From Candidatus Hydrogenedentota bacterium (GTDB lineage Bacteria; Hydrogenedentota; Hydrogenedentia; Hydrogenedentales; JAEUWI01), in contig JAJRPE010000115.1 in NCBI GenBank assembly GCA_024280935.1, positions 12,256 through 76,255 of the forward strand: a DNA stretch of 64,000 nucleotides, given 5' to 3'. Below, one piece after another: positions 38,997-48,368 of this stretch (the first letter of the stretch is position 1; every line of letters starts with the position of its first letter). The translations under genes were made by a program, and so were the position numbers. The notes beneath the pieces are model-generated. The model made no database searches, was not told the DNA's origin, and saw only the letters and a program-made list of their open reading frames with translations.

Positions 38997-39563
38997 CTAA
39001 TACTCGCTTTCGTATTCTGTACAACCGCTATCGGACTCGTATTCTTCAATCATCGCCTGGGCTACCCCCTCGGTCGTGAGAAAGGACAGTTCCTCTTCGG
39101 TCACACCGTAGGTGCGCAGGAGCGAAAACTGTTCCTCGGTCGGGGGAGGCTGCAATACCTCAATGAGTCGAATCGCATCGCTCCTGGTCTTGAGGTGACT
39201 CAACTGCCCCTCAGTCGCACCCAGTTCTTTCAAGCGGGTGATTTGTTCCGGCGTGGGCGGTGCTCCATCATGAAGGGGCATGCCGATTTCTTCGGCAATC
39301 TCATCATCCCACGCGCCAATATCGTCCAGCGCCTCGTCCAGCCGCGACTCGAAGCCCTTCGCCCGCGCCACGGGAACAACCGAATTTGACGAAGGTGCGG
39401 GCAATTTCCTCGGGGGAAGGACCTGCGCGCGCTGGGCATTGAGCATGTTTCGCTCCCCGATTAGGGCGATACGCCCCCCACATTTCTTGCAATAACCCCG
39501 AAACCCCATAAATTGGGGGCGTATCTGGAGATTCTCTTCACAATGGGGACATATGAAAATCAT
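38997..39563 (-). CDS. MJ0042-type zinc-ribbon protein with roughly 35-aa helical repeats (paralog B)
   Basis: MIFICPHCEENLQIRP...CKKCGGRIALIG. Repeats: TPEQITRLKELGATEGQLSHL..., TEEQFSLLRTYGVTEEELSFL.... It has the same architecture as the gene at 36996-37544. Confidence 0.5.
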   Translation of the reverse strand: MIFICPHCEENLQIRPQFMGFRGYCKKCGGRIALIGERNMLNAQRAQVLPPRKLPAPSSNSVVPVARAKGFESRLDEALDDIGAWDDEIAEEIGMPLHDGAPPTPEQITRLKELGATEGQLSHLKTRSDAIRLIEVLQPPPTEEQFSLLRTYGVTEEELSFLTTEGVAQAMIEEYESDSGCTEYESEY

Positions 39564-39671
39564 GAAAATGCTCGCTTGGTTTATCTTAGGTTATAGCGTA
39601 CTGTACCGCAGGACGGGGCGTAAAATAAAAATACCCAAAGCGCTCACGGCCCGCGCAGGGAGCCGCAGGCA

Positions 39672-39869
39672 AGGAGGTTGGGCACCCCTGCCCGACACAA
39701 GGTGCATGGCGAGTATCGAAAACGGATGTAGTATTCGAGGTGGCACGTTGATTGCTCAAGACAGTCTATCGTGCTATGCCATTCGAATCCGACGCGCCTA
39801 CTGGTGCCGATGGTCGACTTTATGCCCGACGCGCCCTTTGTGTCGGGCAGGGATGCCCAACCTCCTCGC
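39672..39869 (+). repeat. Family 2 MITE (about 200 bp; TIR gg(a/g)ggttgggcaYYcctgcccgacaYaa)
   Basis: caaggaggttgggcacccctgcccgacacaa ... tttgtgtcgggcagggatgcccaacctcctcg. Copies at 61722-61920 and 63190-63392, plus a half-copy at 29693. Confidence 0.75.
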
Positions 39870-39931
39870 TTGACGTGACCGCGATAGTCCCTATAGAGTG
39901 GTGGCACTTATTGTCCCAATCTTTGGCAGGT

Positions 39932-42706
39932 ATGCGCAGCTCCAATGGGAAACCTATGAATCTCTTGACGACCGCACTTCGTGGCAATTCGCCCTATATC
40001 CCGTGCATCCTCATTGCGCTGACGGCGCTTCTCTTTCCCGCCCTGTCCCACTGCGATCAAGAGCAACCGCCCCACGTTTATTCGTCCGTCGCGTTGGATG
40101 ACGGGCAGTTCCTGAACACATGGGTTGTCTGCGGGCCTTTTCCCAATGCCAAGGTCACGGACAACCCGGCGGGAGGGTGGATTCATGACGCACGCTGCAC
40201 GGGGTTCTACACGGACTACCTCGGCAGCGTCGGCGGCGAAGGGCAGGTTGTCCCGCTGCCGGGCGACAAGGTGGAAGGCCCCGATGGTGAATCCCGCCGC
40301 TGGACTGCCGTGTCAACGCGAACAGGCCGCCTCTTTCTGGGCGACTTCATGTCTCCCACGACCAACCAAGTCGCCTATGCGGTGTGCTGGATTGACTGCG
40401 ATGCACCCAAGGACCGCTTGGTTGGTCTCGGCAGCAGCGATGGGGTACGGGTCTGGGTCAATGGCGCGGAAGTTTTTCGCGTCCACAAAGACCGCGCCCT
40501 CCAAGTCGATGAGAACTACTTTCGACTGCCCCTGACGACCGGACGGAACCAGGTTCTGCTGAAGGTGGAAAACGGCGAAGGGCGCTGGGGCTTTTCGTTG
40601 CGGCCGGTGGACAACCGTGATGCCCTCAAGTCCCTCATCCCCCGCCTCAAGGAAGCGCTGCGCTTCGACTATCAGACAGCCGACGATGGCTACACCGTGA
40701 CCTGGGGCGATCCAACCATTGTCGGCAACCTGGAAGGGCTGCCGGATGGGCGCATTACGCTCCAGACCCAGGACGGCGAAACAGCAGGCCACCTGGAAGT
40801 ACCCTTGGGCCGTCCCTTCTTCATTCCCTTCTCGGAATACACCGAGAAGACCTACCGCCTGAGCGGCGAAGTGCTCTGGCCCTATCGAGGAAAGGTGCGT
40901 GGGACGGGGCTGCTCTATCGCGGCGACCTCCAGCAAGAACTTCGGGGGCTGCTTGCCGCAAGCCGACCGGCCATGGCCTCGTCTCGTGCCGCCGATGCCT
41001 ACACCAGCGTACTCGATACCGTCGCCAGGGCAGTGCGCCTCCATTTCTTCGACAACGAGCCCCGCGCCTACCTTCGCCTGAAGGAGGGCATCACACGCGC
41101 CTTGGAAGGTGCCCTTGTGCTCCAGAACAGCCAGAGTCCCTACGAGCACCTCTTTCCGAAGCCAAAGCACGTCGGCACAAGTTCCAATGAGATGGCCGTC
41201 CTGACAGGAAACTGGATACTCTCCACTGCCGATTCTATCTTTGACGATTCGCTGGACGATGCCCTCTTCACACGGTGGAGCAAGCACACGGCGGCCATTA
41301 CGGGGACGAATACCGGCCATGTCTATGTTCTGGCCCTGGAAACGGATCTCCTCGCGACCCCTATCCCCGAACTGCGGGGCGATGATTCCGAATTCAAAGA
41401 AGCTGCCGAGTCTATTCGGGACCGGGTGCCCGAGGATCCGGAGGGCTACGCCATTCAAATCACAGCGGAACAGATCGTGGTTGCGGGCCGAACAGCGGAG
41501 GGTGCCCATTATGGGATGGATACGCTGCTCCAGTTGATCGCGCAGAATACAACGCTGGCAACGGCCACCATCATCGACGCCCCGGAACACCCGACCCGGG
41601 CCGCCATCCTGCCCCTGGAGAGCTTTGACGCGGATTTTCGCGACACCATCGACGAACTCGCCCATCTGCGCTTCAACACGGTGTTTCTGCCCTCGTCACT
41701 TTATCCAGACTTGGAAGACGAGGAAATACAACCCCTCCTCAAAGGGGCCTTCGCGTACTGCCGCGCCCGATTTGTGGAACCCATACCCCTTGTCGAGACC
41801 TTTGGCGCGCACACCCTTGCTGCGGAAATCGATCCCAACCTCCTGGAAGGCGTCTACATTGAGGAGGTGCCTATTGTCGTGGATGACCTTCGACGCCTCC
41901 ATTTGCCCTATGACCGCATACTCGTCAACGAAAGCACAACACCGGGATTGCGGACGAGCAAGGGCTACAAGATACTGCGAAAGGACCGGGACTTCGTCTT
42001 TGAATCCCTCGCGCCGCCCATCATCCAACTGAAAGGCAAAGCACCGGTTCAGACGGGCGCGACCCTGCTGGTGACGGCGGATGTCGTGGACCGCTCCCTG
42101 GCCTCAACGGGAGCGAGTTGCCCGTCAGACACCGAAGCCTGGATTCTCACGGAGCAGGTGCTGGACAGGATCTATGCCCACCTCTCCCCTGTGGGCATAC
42201 ACATCGGCCAGACGGGCGCAGGTTACCTCAATCGCGACAGCCGGTGCCTGGCGCGGGAGATGCCCAATGCCCTGCTGCTCGCCGACGCGGTCCAGAAAAG
42301 CTACGACATCGTTCGGAATTTTGACAAGAAAGCGCGCATCTATATGTGGGGCGACCACTTCAGTCCCCTCCAGCAAGCCCGATCCCTGGATGCCATGCGT
42401 GCGGCGGAATACCTTCCCAAGGATATTACCGTACTTGACGGGTGGCACCATGGCGCTTCCGACTACGACACCTGGCGCGTAGAACAAGGGATTCGTTTTT
42501 TCGACCAGTACGGATTAAAGACCTTGGGTGTCGTCCAGGATGATCCCCTGAATACCCAACAGGTTGCCACGTTGAAGCGCCGCTTCCCCCGACGATTCCG
42601 GGGCATTGTCCATCGCTTCGGAAACGCGCCTGATGATGGCCGCTATCTGGCCGCCGAAGCGGGTTGGCAAGGGGTAACGGCCTTGGGCACACCGTCGGCA
42701 GATTAA
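39932..42706 (+). CDS. Large secreted glycoside-hydrolase-like protein (GH20b-like N-domain then a TIM-barrel-like region)
   Basis: Signal peptide after the ATG at 39932 or 39956. QIVVAGRTAEGAHYGMDTLLQLIA resembles the GH20b domain. TIIDAPEHPTRAAILPLESFD...LRFNTVFL resembles the start of a GH20-type catalytic barrel. The track start at 39752 lies in the MITE. Confidence 0.35.
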   Translation: MRSSNGKPMNLLTTALRGNSPYIPCILIALTALLFPALSHCDQEQPPHVYSSVALDDGQFLNTWVVCGPFPNAKVTDNPAGGWIHDARCTGFYTDYLGSVGGEGQVVPLPGDKVEGPDGESRRWTAVSTRTGRLFLGDFMSPTTNQVAYAVCWIDCDAPKDRLVGLGSSDGVRVWVNGAEVFRVHKDRALQVDENYFRLPLTTGRNQVLLKVENGEGRWGFSLRPVDNRDALKSLIPRLKEALRFDYQTADDGYTVTWGDPTIVGNLEGLPDGRITLQTQDGETAGHLEVPLGRPFFIPFSEYTEKTYRLSGEVLWPYRGKVRGTGLLYRGDLQQELRGLLAASRPAMASSRAADAYTSVLDTVARAVRLHFFDNEPRAYLRLKEGITRALEGALVLQNSQSPYEHLFPKPKHVGTSSNEMAVLTGNWILSTADSIFDDSLDDALFTRWSKHTAAITGTNTGHVYVLALETDLLATPIPELRGDDSEFKEAAESIRDRVPEDPEGYAIQITAEQIVVAGRTAEGAHYGMDTLLQLIAQNTTLATATIIDAPEHPTRAAILPLESFDADFRDTIDELAHLRFNTVFLPSSLYPDLEDEEIQPLLKGAFAYCRARFVEPIPLVETFGAHTLAAEIDPNLLEGVYIEEVPIVVDDLRRLHLPYDRILVNESTTPGLRTSKGYKILRKDRDFVFESLAPPIIQLKGKAPVQTGATLLVTADVVDRSLASTGASCPSDTEAWILTEQVLDRIYAHLSPVGIHIGQTGAGYLNRDSRCLAREMPNALLLADAVQKSYDIVRNFDKKARIYMWGDHFSPLQQARSLDAMRAAEYLPKDITVLDGWHHGASDYDTWRVEQGIRFFDQYGLKTLGVVQDDPLNTQQVATLKRRFPRRFRGIVHRFGNAPDDGRYLAAEAGWQGVTALGTPSAD

Positions 42707-42747
42707 TGCTTCAATCTGGAAAAGCCGCTACAAAAGCAAGATAGGCC

Positions 42748-42850
42748 TACGTCATTCCCACGAAAGTGGGAATCCAGAACGCGGCAGGAGCACATCGAAA
42801 CACCACTGGATCCCCGCATTCGCGAGGATGACGGTCTTGTTGCGACCAGC
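42748..42850 (-). repeat. Family 1 composite REP/MITE (inverse orientation)
   Basis: acgtcattcccacgaaagtgggaatccagaacgcggcag...caccactggatccccgcattcgcgaggatgac. Confidence 0.8.
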
Positions 42851-42999
42851 CACTTTGGAAGGTAGCTGCCAACTCACAGATGTCACGTCCCGGAGAAACG
42901 CCTCCGATTCGTAGTTTCTCCTCGGCAGGTGGTACCATGGAATCCTGCGGGCTGCCTGTATTCAGGCTCCATCCCTATTGAAAGAGACGTTTTGCATCC

Positions 43000-44463
43000 A
43001 TGACCGATCATGAACATCCGAACAACTCCGAAGGCAAGGCTGCACCCAATCGTCTGGCCGTCATGCTGGTCCAGCACGGGCTGCTAAGCACCGCCCAGAT
43101 TCAGGCGGCACAAGCCCTTGAGGAAGACCTTGCCACAACGCTCGTCGACTTGGGCTTCCTCACGGAAGATCAACTTACCGCCTTTTTCGTCAAGGCGATG
43201 AAGATTCCCCGCCTGGGTCTGCAGGATTATCAAATCGACCTCGAAACCCTGAAAATAGTACCCCAGGAATTGTGCCTCCAGCACCGCCTCCTCCCCATCG
43301 ATCTTCTGGGCAAGAATTTGACCTTGGCCATGGTAAATCCGCTGGATGACGAGGCGCTGGATCGAGTCCGCACGGTCTGTTCGAACTATCGCATCAAGGC
43401 CTTCCATTGCACGCGCACCGATTTCGAGTTGGTCTCGGGGCGGCTGTTCCAGGAGAAAAAAAACTCCGAAAACGGAGCCGGAGACATGAGCCTGGGCAGT
43501 CTCGGTCTCAAGCCGAGCACCGCCCCCAAAAAGCAGGCGGCAGAGTCGATTTCACCGCCAGGGAATGGCGGCGATGCACAAGCGACTATGCTCTTTGACA
43601 GTAAGATTCCCGCTCCTAAACGCCCCGCCGCCCCCATGCGCTCCTGCCTGATCTGCCTGGACGGCTGGGAGCTTGGCAAGGAAGTAGAGATCACGGCAGA
43701 CACGCACATCATCGGGCGTTCGCCGAAGGCGGACACAACCATCAATTCGCCCTTAATTTCTCGGGAACACGCACGCATAACCCGGGACACCGGTCACGGG
43801 CAAGAGACCTTTGTGATCAACGACATGAAGTCGAGCAATGGGACTTTTGTTAACAACGTCCCCCTCACGACAACCATTCTGCGCCACGGGGATCGCATCC
43901 TCGTTGGCGATGTCCTGTTCAAGTTTGTCCTCCTGGACGAAATCGAAGCGCGTTTTCACCAGGATGTTCATCGCCTCTATAGCATCCACAAAGATACCGG
44001 CCTGTTGCCAGCCGATGCATGGCGCAAGGAACTGGCCCGCGCACTGGCCGCCGCGCCGACGACACCGCTGACCACCTGCCTTATCGAGATCGACGGCTTG
44101 GAACGCATCAGACAGGCCCATGGTCACATTGCGGGTGTCATCGTCCTGAATGACATCAGCGACATGCTCGGCATGCATCTGGAGAAGACGGATCTCCCCG
44201 GGGACTACGGCCCGGGTCGAATTGCGGTTCTCCTGGAAGGAAAACCCATCGAGGCGGCTTTCCCGATACTGGAAGATCTGCGGCGGACCGTAGAAGCCCA
44301 CGCCTTCCATCACAAGGACACGCAGTTTCAATGCACCATCAGCATTGGCATCGGCGTGGTTACGGTGGCTGGAACACAGCCCGAAGCGATTATCACCCAG
44401 TTGGAAGCAGCCTTGGCATCGGCCATCGAAGGCGGACACAACCAGACCTGCGTCGCCCAGTAG
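43000..44463 (+). CDS. Regulatory protein: GspE/MshE N-terminal-like domain + FHA domain + degenerate GGDEF domain
   Basis: T2SE_Nter-like: LLSTAQIQAAQALEEDLATTLVDLGFLTEDQL...LLPIDLLGKNLTLAMVNPLD. FHA: HIIGRSPKADTTINSPLISREHARI...NGTFVNNVPL...GDRILVGDVLFKF. GGDEF-like: LIEIDGLERIRQAHGH...LPGDYGPGRIAVLLEG. The signature reads DYGPGR rather than GGDEF, so the domain is probably non-catalytic. Confidence 0.6.
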   Translation: MTDHEHPNNSEGKAAPNRLAVMLVQHGLLSTAQIQAAQALEEDLATTLVDLGFLTEDQLTAFFVKAMKIPRLGLQDYQIDLETLKIVPQELCLQHRLLPIDLLGKNLTLAMVNPLDDEALDRVRTVCSNYRIKAFHCTRTDFELVSGRLFQEKKNSENGAGDMSLGSLGLKPSTAPKKQAAESISPPGNGGDAQATMLFDSKIPAPKRPAAPMRSCLICLDGWELGKEVEITADTHIIGRSPKADTTINSPLISREHARITRDTGHGQETFVINDMKSSNGTFVNNVPLTTTILRHGDRILVGDVLFKFVLLDEIEARFHQDVHRLYSIHKDTGLLPADAWRKELARALAAAPTTPLTTCLIEIDGLERIRQAHGHIAGVIVLNDISDMLGMHLEKTDLPGDYGPGRIAVLLEGKPIEAAFPILEDLRRTVEAHAFHHKDTQFQCTISIGIGVVTVAGTQPEAIITQLEAALASAIEGGHNQTCVAQ

Positions 44464-44483
44464 GCGGGCGACGGATACGCGAC

Positions 44484-44680
44484 GGGTGCCACCTACACAG
44501 ACGCGAGGGACGAGCGGCTTTGTGGGTGCGGTCTTGCCGGAAAAACCAGATTTCCGACGAAGACATCTTGGGACACTGAGGGTTTAGGTTCACTGCCCCA
44601 ATAATCGTACTGGTCACTTTCCATAACCCCACACCCACAAACTTCGCCGGGAACCGGCTGCGTGTGTAGGTGGCACCCTC
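44484..44680 (+). repeat. Family 5 MITE copy
   Basis: gggtgccacctacacagacgcgagggacgagcggctttgtgggtg ... cacccacaaacttcgccgggaaccggctgcgtgtgtaggtggcaccc. Confidence 0.75.
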
Positions 44681-44720
44681 GTAGCAGCCTGTGAATGCTT
44701 TCTGTATTCGCCCTATTCGG

Positions 44721-46061
44721 TTACCTTGCGGCGATGTAATCCAACAACCGCCCGATATTCGCATTAAAATCCCGGAGCAATACCATGGGCACTTCGGGGT
44801 CTACGCCCTTTTTCTCATAAAAACCGAGCTGCTTGCTGTCGGGCTTCCGGGTCCAGTGTCCGGCCTCGCTAAGCTGGTCGCAGATCCCCGCAACCGTCTC
44901 CTTCGACGGCCTGTTCTCCTTCGGCTCCTTTGGCGCAGCGTGGGCCGTGCGATAGGCGTCCCCACCCTCGGACTGTATGGCATCGTAGGCTTTCTTCGCA
45001 CCCTGCGGATACCACGCCCCCTGCCAGGCATAACCGCTGCAGGCGTTGGCGAAGTCATAGACCTTTTCCGCTTTGTCCCGCCGACCATAGACCGGACGCT
45101 GGGTGCCGGGTTCGTAAAGGCGAGCATACTTCCCGTTTTCGAGCTTGTGGGCCTCGTACCATTCCAGCGCACGCCCCAGCGACGTGATATAGCGCTCATC
45201 GCCCGTCTCAACGAACAACGTCACGAGGGTGTCGCAGACCGCCGCCGATTCTGCCGGGGTATAGCCGGGCGGCTCAAACTTCCGCGCCCAGGCCGGTTCC
45301 AGGCTGTCGGGATCATATTGTTGCGCCCAGATGGACTCGCCGACTCCCCCCTGCAACTTCAGGATGCATTCGCCGCCGCGAAGGGCCGCCGCACGATACC
45401 GGTGGTCGCCTGTTTCGCGTTCCAGCTTGAAGAGGGCCGAAACGATATTGCTGAAGTTCCCGTCATTGAACGTAATATAGCGGCTGTAGCCTTTCCCTAA
45501 TGGATAGGCCTGGGGCCAGCCCCCGGAATCGGCGTACTGGGACGTGAGAATAAACGCGCCAATCCGATCAACGGCGGCCCGGTCCGCCGCCGCACCCGTA
45601 TGATGCCACCAGTCGATAAAAAAATTGAGGGTGTTGGTCGTTACGCCGTCATCGAAGGAAGCCCGTTTTGAAGGACCCGCAGCGGGCGAACCTTCGTGAT
45701 AAAATCCCCCTTCGGCCGATTGAAGACGGCACAGGGCCGCGTGGGCCTCCCCCGCCACGGCGATCCAGCGCGCATCATTCAGCACCCGCCCGGCGCGAAG
45801 ATAGATCCCGCCAGTTGTCGGTGTCGCCGGTGCCTGCACCGTAATCCAATCGTCGGGTATCGGGCGCCATTCTCCCCAGACGACTTTCTCATCCCGACTC
45901 CACGCCGTGCCCCAGCCACCCTGTCGCTGAAACTGCGCCATGCCGGTCAGCGCCTTGTCGAGGGTATCCAGCACACGCGCACGCAGGTCTTGTCCCTGAG
46001 CGGATGCCGTCGAAAGGCCAAGGAGCAATAAGACAAAGAATCGAAGACAATAGCGGGACAT
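44721..46061 (-). CDS. Secreted pectate lyase, PL10 (PelA/pectic-acid-lyase family)-like
   Basis: Signal peptide MSRYCLRFFVLLLLGLSTASA. ITFNDGNFSNIVSALF and GESIWAQQYD fit the PL10 pectic-acid-lyase pattern. Confidence 0.5.
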   Translation of the reverse strand: MSRYCLRFFVLLLLGLSTASAQGQDLRARVLDTLDKALTGMAQFQRQGGWGTAWSRDEKVVWGEWRPIPDDWITVQAPATPTTGGIYLRAGRVLNDARWIAVAGEAHAALCRLQSAEGGFYHEGSPAAGPSKRASFDDGVTTNTLNFFIDWWHHTGAAADRAAVDRIGAFILTSQYADSGGWPQAYPLGKGYSRYITFNDGNFSNIVSALFKLERETGDHRYRAAALRGGECILKLQGGVGESIWAQQYDPDSLEPAWARKFEPPGYTPAESAAVCDTLVTLFVETGDERYITSLGRALEWYEAHKLENGKYARLYEPGTQRPVYGRRDKAEKVYDFANACSGYAWQGAWYPQGAKKAYDAIQSEGGDAYRTAHAAPKEPKENRPSKETVAGICDQLSEAGHWTRKPDSKQLGFYEKKGVDPEVPMVLLRDFNANIGRLLDYIAAR

Positions 46062-46164
46062 AGCAGGTTTCCTGACGACAAATTCGAGGCCAGCCGAAAA
46101 TCGGCGATTGCCATGGAAGAACCCTAGCACGTAGCCGCAGGAACGGGCAACGGGGACTCCAAGC

Positions 46165-46549
46165 GGGGACTGCCTCGCCCAAGGTCGCGTTACTTGGTGA
46201 AGTGATCTTCGTGGCGAACACGTTCACTGAGGTATGGGATTACCCCTTCAGCAGGCGGGGCTGTCCCCAGACAAATAGCGCCCACGTCTCTCGTTTTGAG
46301 ACAGCACGCCGGGGACTGCCTCGCCCAAGGTCGCAGCACGCAGGGGTAGTAAACTTCGGGGCCAGCAAATCCACCAAGGTATGCAACGCCCACTTCAAAA
46401 GGCGGGGCTGTCCCCAGACAAATAGCGCCCTCGTCTCTCGTTTGGGGACAGCACGCCTCCTGAAGAGCTATTTCCTACTTGAAAAATTACATGCTGGACC
46501 ACAACGCTCGCTTCACTACACAACGTGGGCGTGGGCGAGGCAGTCCCCT
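46165..46549. repeat. REP/BIME-like array on the 3' side of the RAYT (ggggactgcctcgcccaaggtcgc units alternating with ggcggggctgtccccaga...tggggacag hairpins)
   Basis: Two forward REPs at 46165 and 46311 and an inverted REP at 46535-46549 (gggcgaggcagtcccc). Confidence 0.8.
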
Positions 46550-47177
46550 ATTTCATCTTCCGCCGCACCATTTCCTGAAACGCGAGACTGCCCAGTGGAC
46601 GCCCCCGATTCGTGTGGGACCGTATCTTCTTCACCATACCGACATCTTCAATCGCCACCAACAGGGTCTCTCGCCATTCATCGATACTGAACTGGCTCTT
46701 CCAGCGCGTCAGATTGAGCAACGCGTCGTCCACGCCATCGATGCAGTGGGCACGGGCGCTCGACCACGGGTGGTCCCAAGCGAATTCTTCCATGCCCGCC
46801 CGGACGGGATTCAATTCAACATACGCGAGCGCATTCAACATATGCGGCTCATCCATGGGACAGGAGAAGAAACGGCTTTGCCACAGATGGCCCACATGCT
46901 CGTACCGCTTGCCCAGATAGGCCGTATAACTTTGATGCGTCCCACCGACGGCTTTCGCAAGGGATTCTTCCCGTGCGGGCACACCAACCAGATGAACGTG
47001 GTTCGTCATCAGGCAATAGCCAAGAATCCGCAAACCGTGCTCTCGCGTGTGTTCTTTCAACAGCGTAAGATACTTGCGCCGGTCTTGCTCGTCGAAGAAA
47101 ACCTGCTGCTTCTGATTGCCCCGTTGGGTGACATGATGCGCAACCCCCGGAAGCACTATGCGTGCTGTTCTAGGCAT
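46548..47177 (-). CDS. REP-associated tyrosine transposase (RAYT / TnpA_REP, IS200-like Y1 HUH)
   Basis: ATG at 47177. IVLPGVAHHVTQRGNQKQQVFFDEQDRRKYLTLLKEHTREHGLRILGYCLMTNHVHLVGVP...YVELNPVRAGM carries the HUH motif (HVH) and a catalytic Tyr. REP arrays flank it on both sides. Confidence 0.8.
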   Translation of the reverse strand: MPRTARIVLPGVAHHVTQRGNQKQQVFFDEQDRRKYLTLLKEHTREHGLRILGYCLMTNHVHLVGVPAREESLAKAVGGTHQSYTAYLGKRYEHVGHLWQSRFFSCPMDEPHMLNALAYVELNPVRAGMEEFAWDHPWSSARAHCIDGVDDALLNLTRWKSQFSIDEWRETLLVAIEDVGMVKKIRSHTNRGRPLGSLAFQEMVRRKMK

Positions 47178-47196
47178 GATGTCATGGTAGCATAAC

Positions 47197-47733
47197 GGGG
47201 ACTGCCTCGCCCAAGGTCGCGACGCGCAGGAAAATCCACTTCGTGACGGACAGATCTGCTGCGGTATACAATGAAAACCCCAAGCAAGGCGGGGCTGTCC
47301 CCAGATCAAATAGCACCCGCGTCTCTTGTTTGGGGACAGTACGCCGGGGACTGCCTCACCCAAAGCCGCGACGTGCAGGGTATCCACTTCCTAACGGACA
47401 GGTCTGCTATGGTATGGAACGGAACCCCAAACAGGCGGGCTGTCCCCAGATCAAATAGCACCCGCGTCTCTTGTTTGGGGACAGTACGCCGGGGACTGCC
47501 TCGCCCAAAGCCGCGACGTGCAGGGTATCCACTTCCTAACGGACAGGTCTGCTATGGTATGGAACGGAACCCCAAACAGGCGGGGCTGTCCCCAGATCAA
47601 ATAGCACCCGCGTCTCTTGTTTGGGGACAGCCCCGCCTTCTGAAAGACCATTTTCTACTCAAGGATATACATGCTGGCCACAACGCGCACGACACTTGGG
47701 CAACGTGGGCCTGGGCGAGGCAGTCCCCAGAAT
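47197..47733. repeat. REP array on the 5' side of the RAYT, including three tandem units of about 146 bp (47197-47640) and a terminal inverted REP
   Basis: The unit is ggggactgcctcRcccaaRgYcgcgacgtgcagggtatccacttcctaacggacaggtctgctatggtatggaacggaaccccaaacaggcggggctgtccccagatcaaatagcacccgcgtctcttgtttggggacagtacgcc, repeated three times. Confidence 0.85.
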
Positions 47734-47823
47734 CCCCACAAATCAAACACATCCCCGTCTCAGGCGTTATAGGGGTAGCTACCTGCGGTGAAAACGGCAG
47801 AAAACGGAATCCCGGAGCAATAG

Positions 47824-48357
47824 ATGACCACTGAACATGAACGTCGCGCAGACCGGGTGCGGGAGGCCTTAAACCGGTACGAGGCCCCCCTCATTCGCTA
47901 TGCAACACGTCTAACGGGCAACAGCGAATTGGCACGGGATATCGTGCAGGACACCTTCGTGAAGCTATGCACGGCGGATTGGGCAAAAATTGAGGCCCAC
48001 CTCGCCCCCTGGCTTTACCGGGTCTGTCGAAACCGCGCCTTCGATGTCCTGAAAAAGGAAAAGCGTATGCAACCCCTGGCAGAAGGACAAGCGGAGGCCC
48101 GACCGGACAACAAACCGGCTCCGGCCGCCGTGGCAGAAGGGCACGAGGCCGAGGACATGGTCCACGCAGTCCTCGCGGAGCTCCCGGAAAAGAACCAAGA
48201 GATATTCCGCCTAAAATTCCAACATGAACTTTCCTACAAAGAAATCAGCGAGGTCACGGGCCACGAAGTGAACAACATTCGCTACGTCATCCATACGACG
48301 CTCAAAACCCTCCGACAACAACTCCAGGGCCGCCTCGATCCGGCCCTCGGACAGTAA
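47824..48357 (+). CDS. ECF (RpoE-like) sigma-70 family sigma factor
   Basis: Sigma region 2 (LARDIVQDTFVKL, WLYRVCRNRAFDVLKK) and region 4 (ELSYKEISEVTGHEVNNIRYVIHTTLKTLRQQL). Confidence 0.8.
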   Translation: MTTEHERRADRVREALNRYEAPLIRYATRLTGNSELARDIVQDTFVKLCTADWAKIEAHLAPWLYRVCRNRAFDVLKKEKRMQPLAEGQAEARPDNKPAPAAVAEGHEAEDMVHAVLAELPEKNQEIFRLKFQHELSYKEISEVTGHEVNNIRYVIHTTLKTLRQQLQGRLDPALGQ

Positions 48358-48368
48358 GGAGTCCCACC

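Noticed and set aside
40313-41665. 450-aa minus-strand ORF
   Set aside because: It is antisense to the 984-aa secreted GH20-like gene and has no signal peptide or motifs.
46165-47733. A possible CRISPR array, from regularly recurring about 24-bp palindromes with intervening sequence
   Set aside because: Spacing is irregular and the 'spacers' are themselves repeated. The repeats are palindromic in both orientations. There are no cas genes and a RAYT transposase is present. This is a REP/BIME arrangement, not CRISPR.
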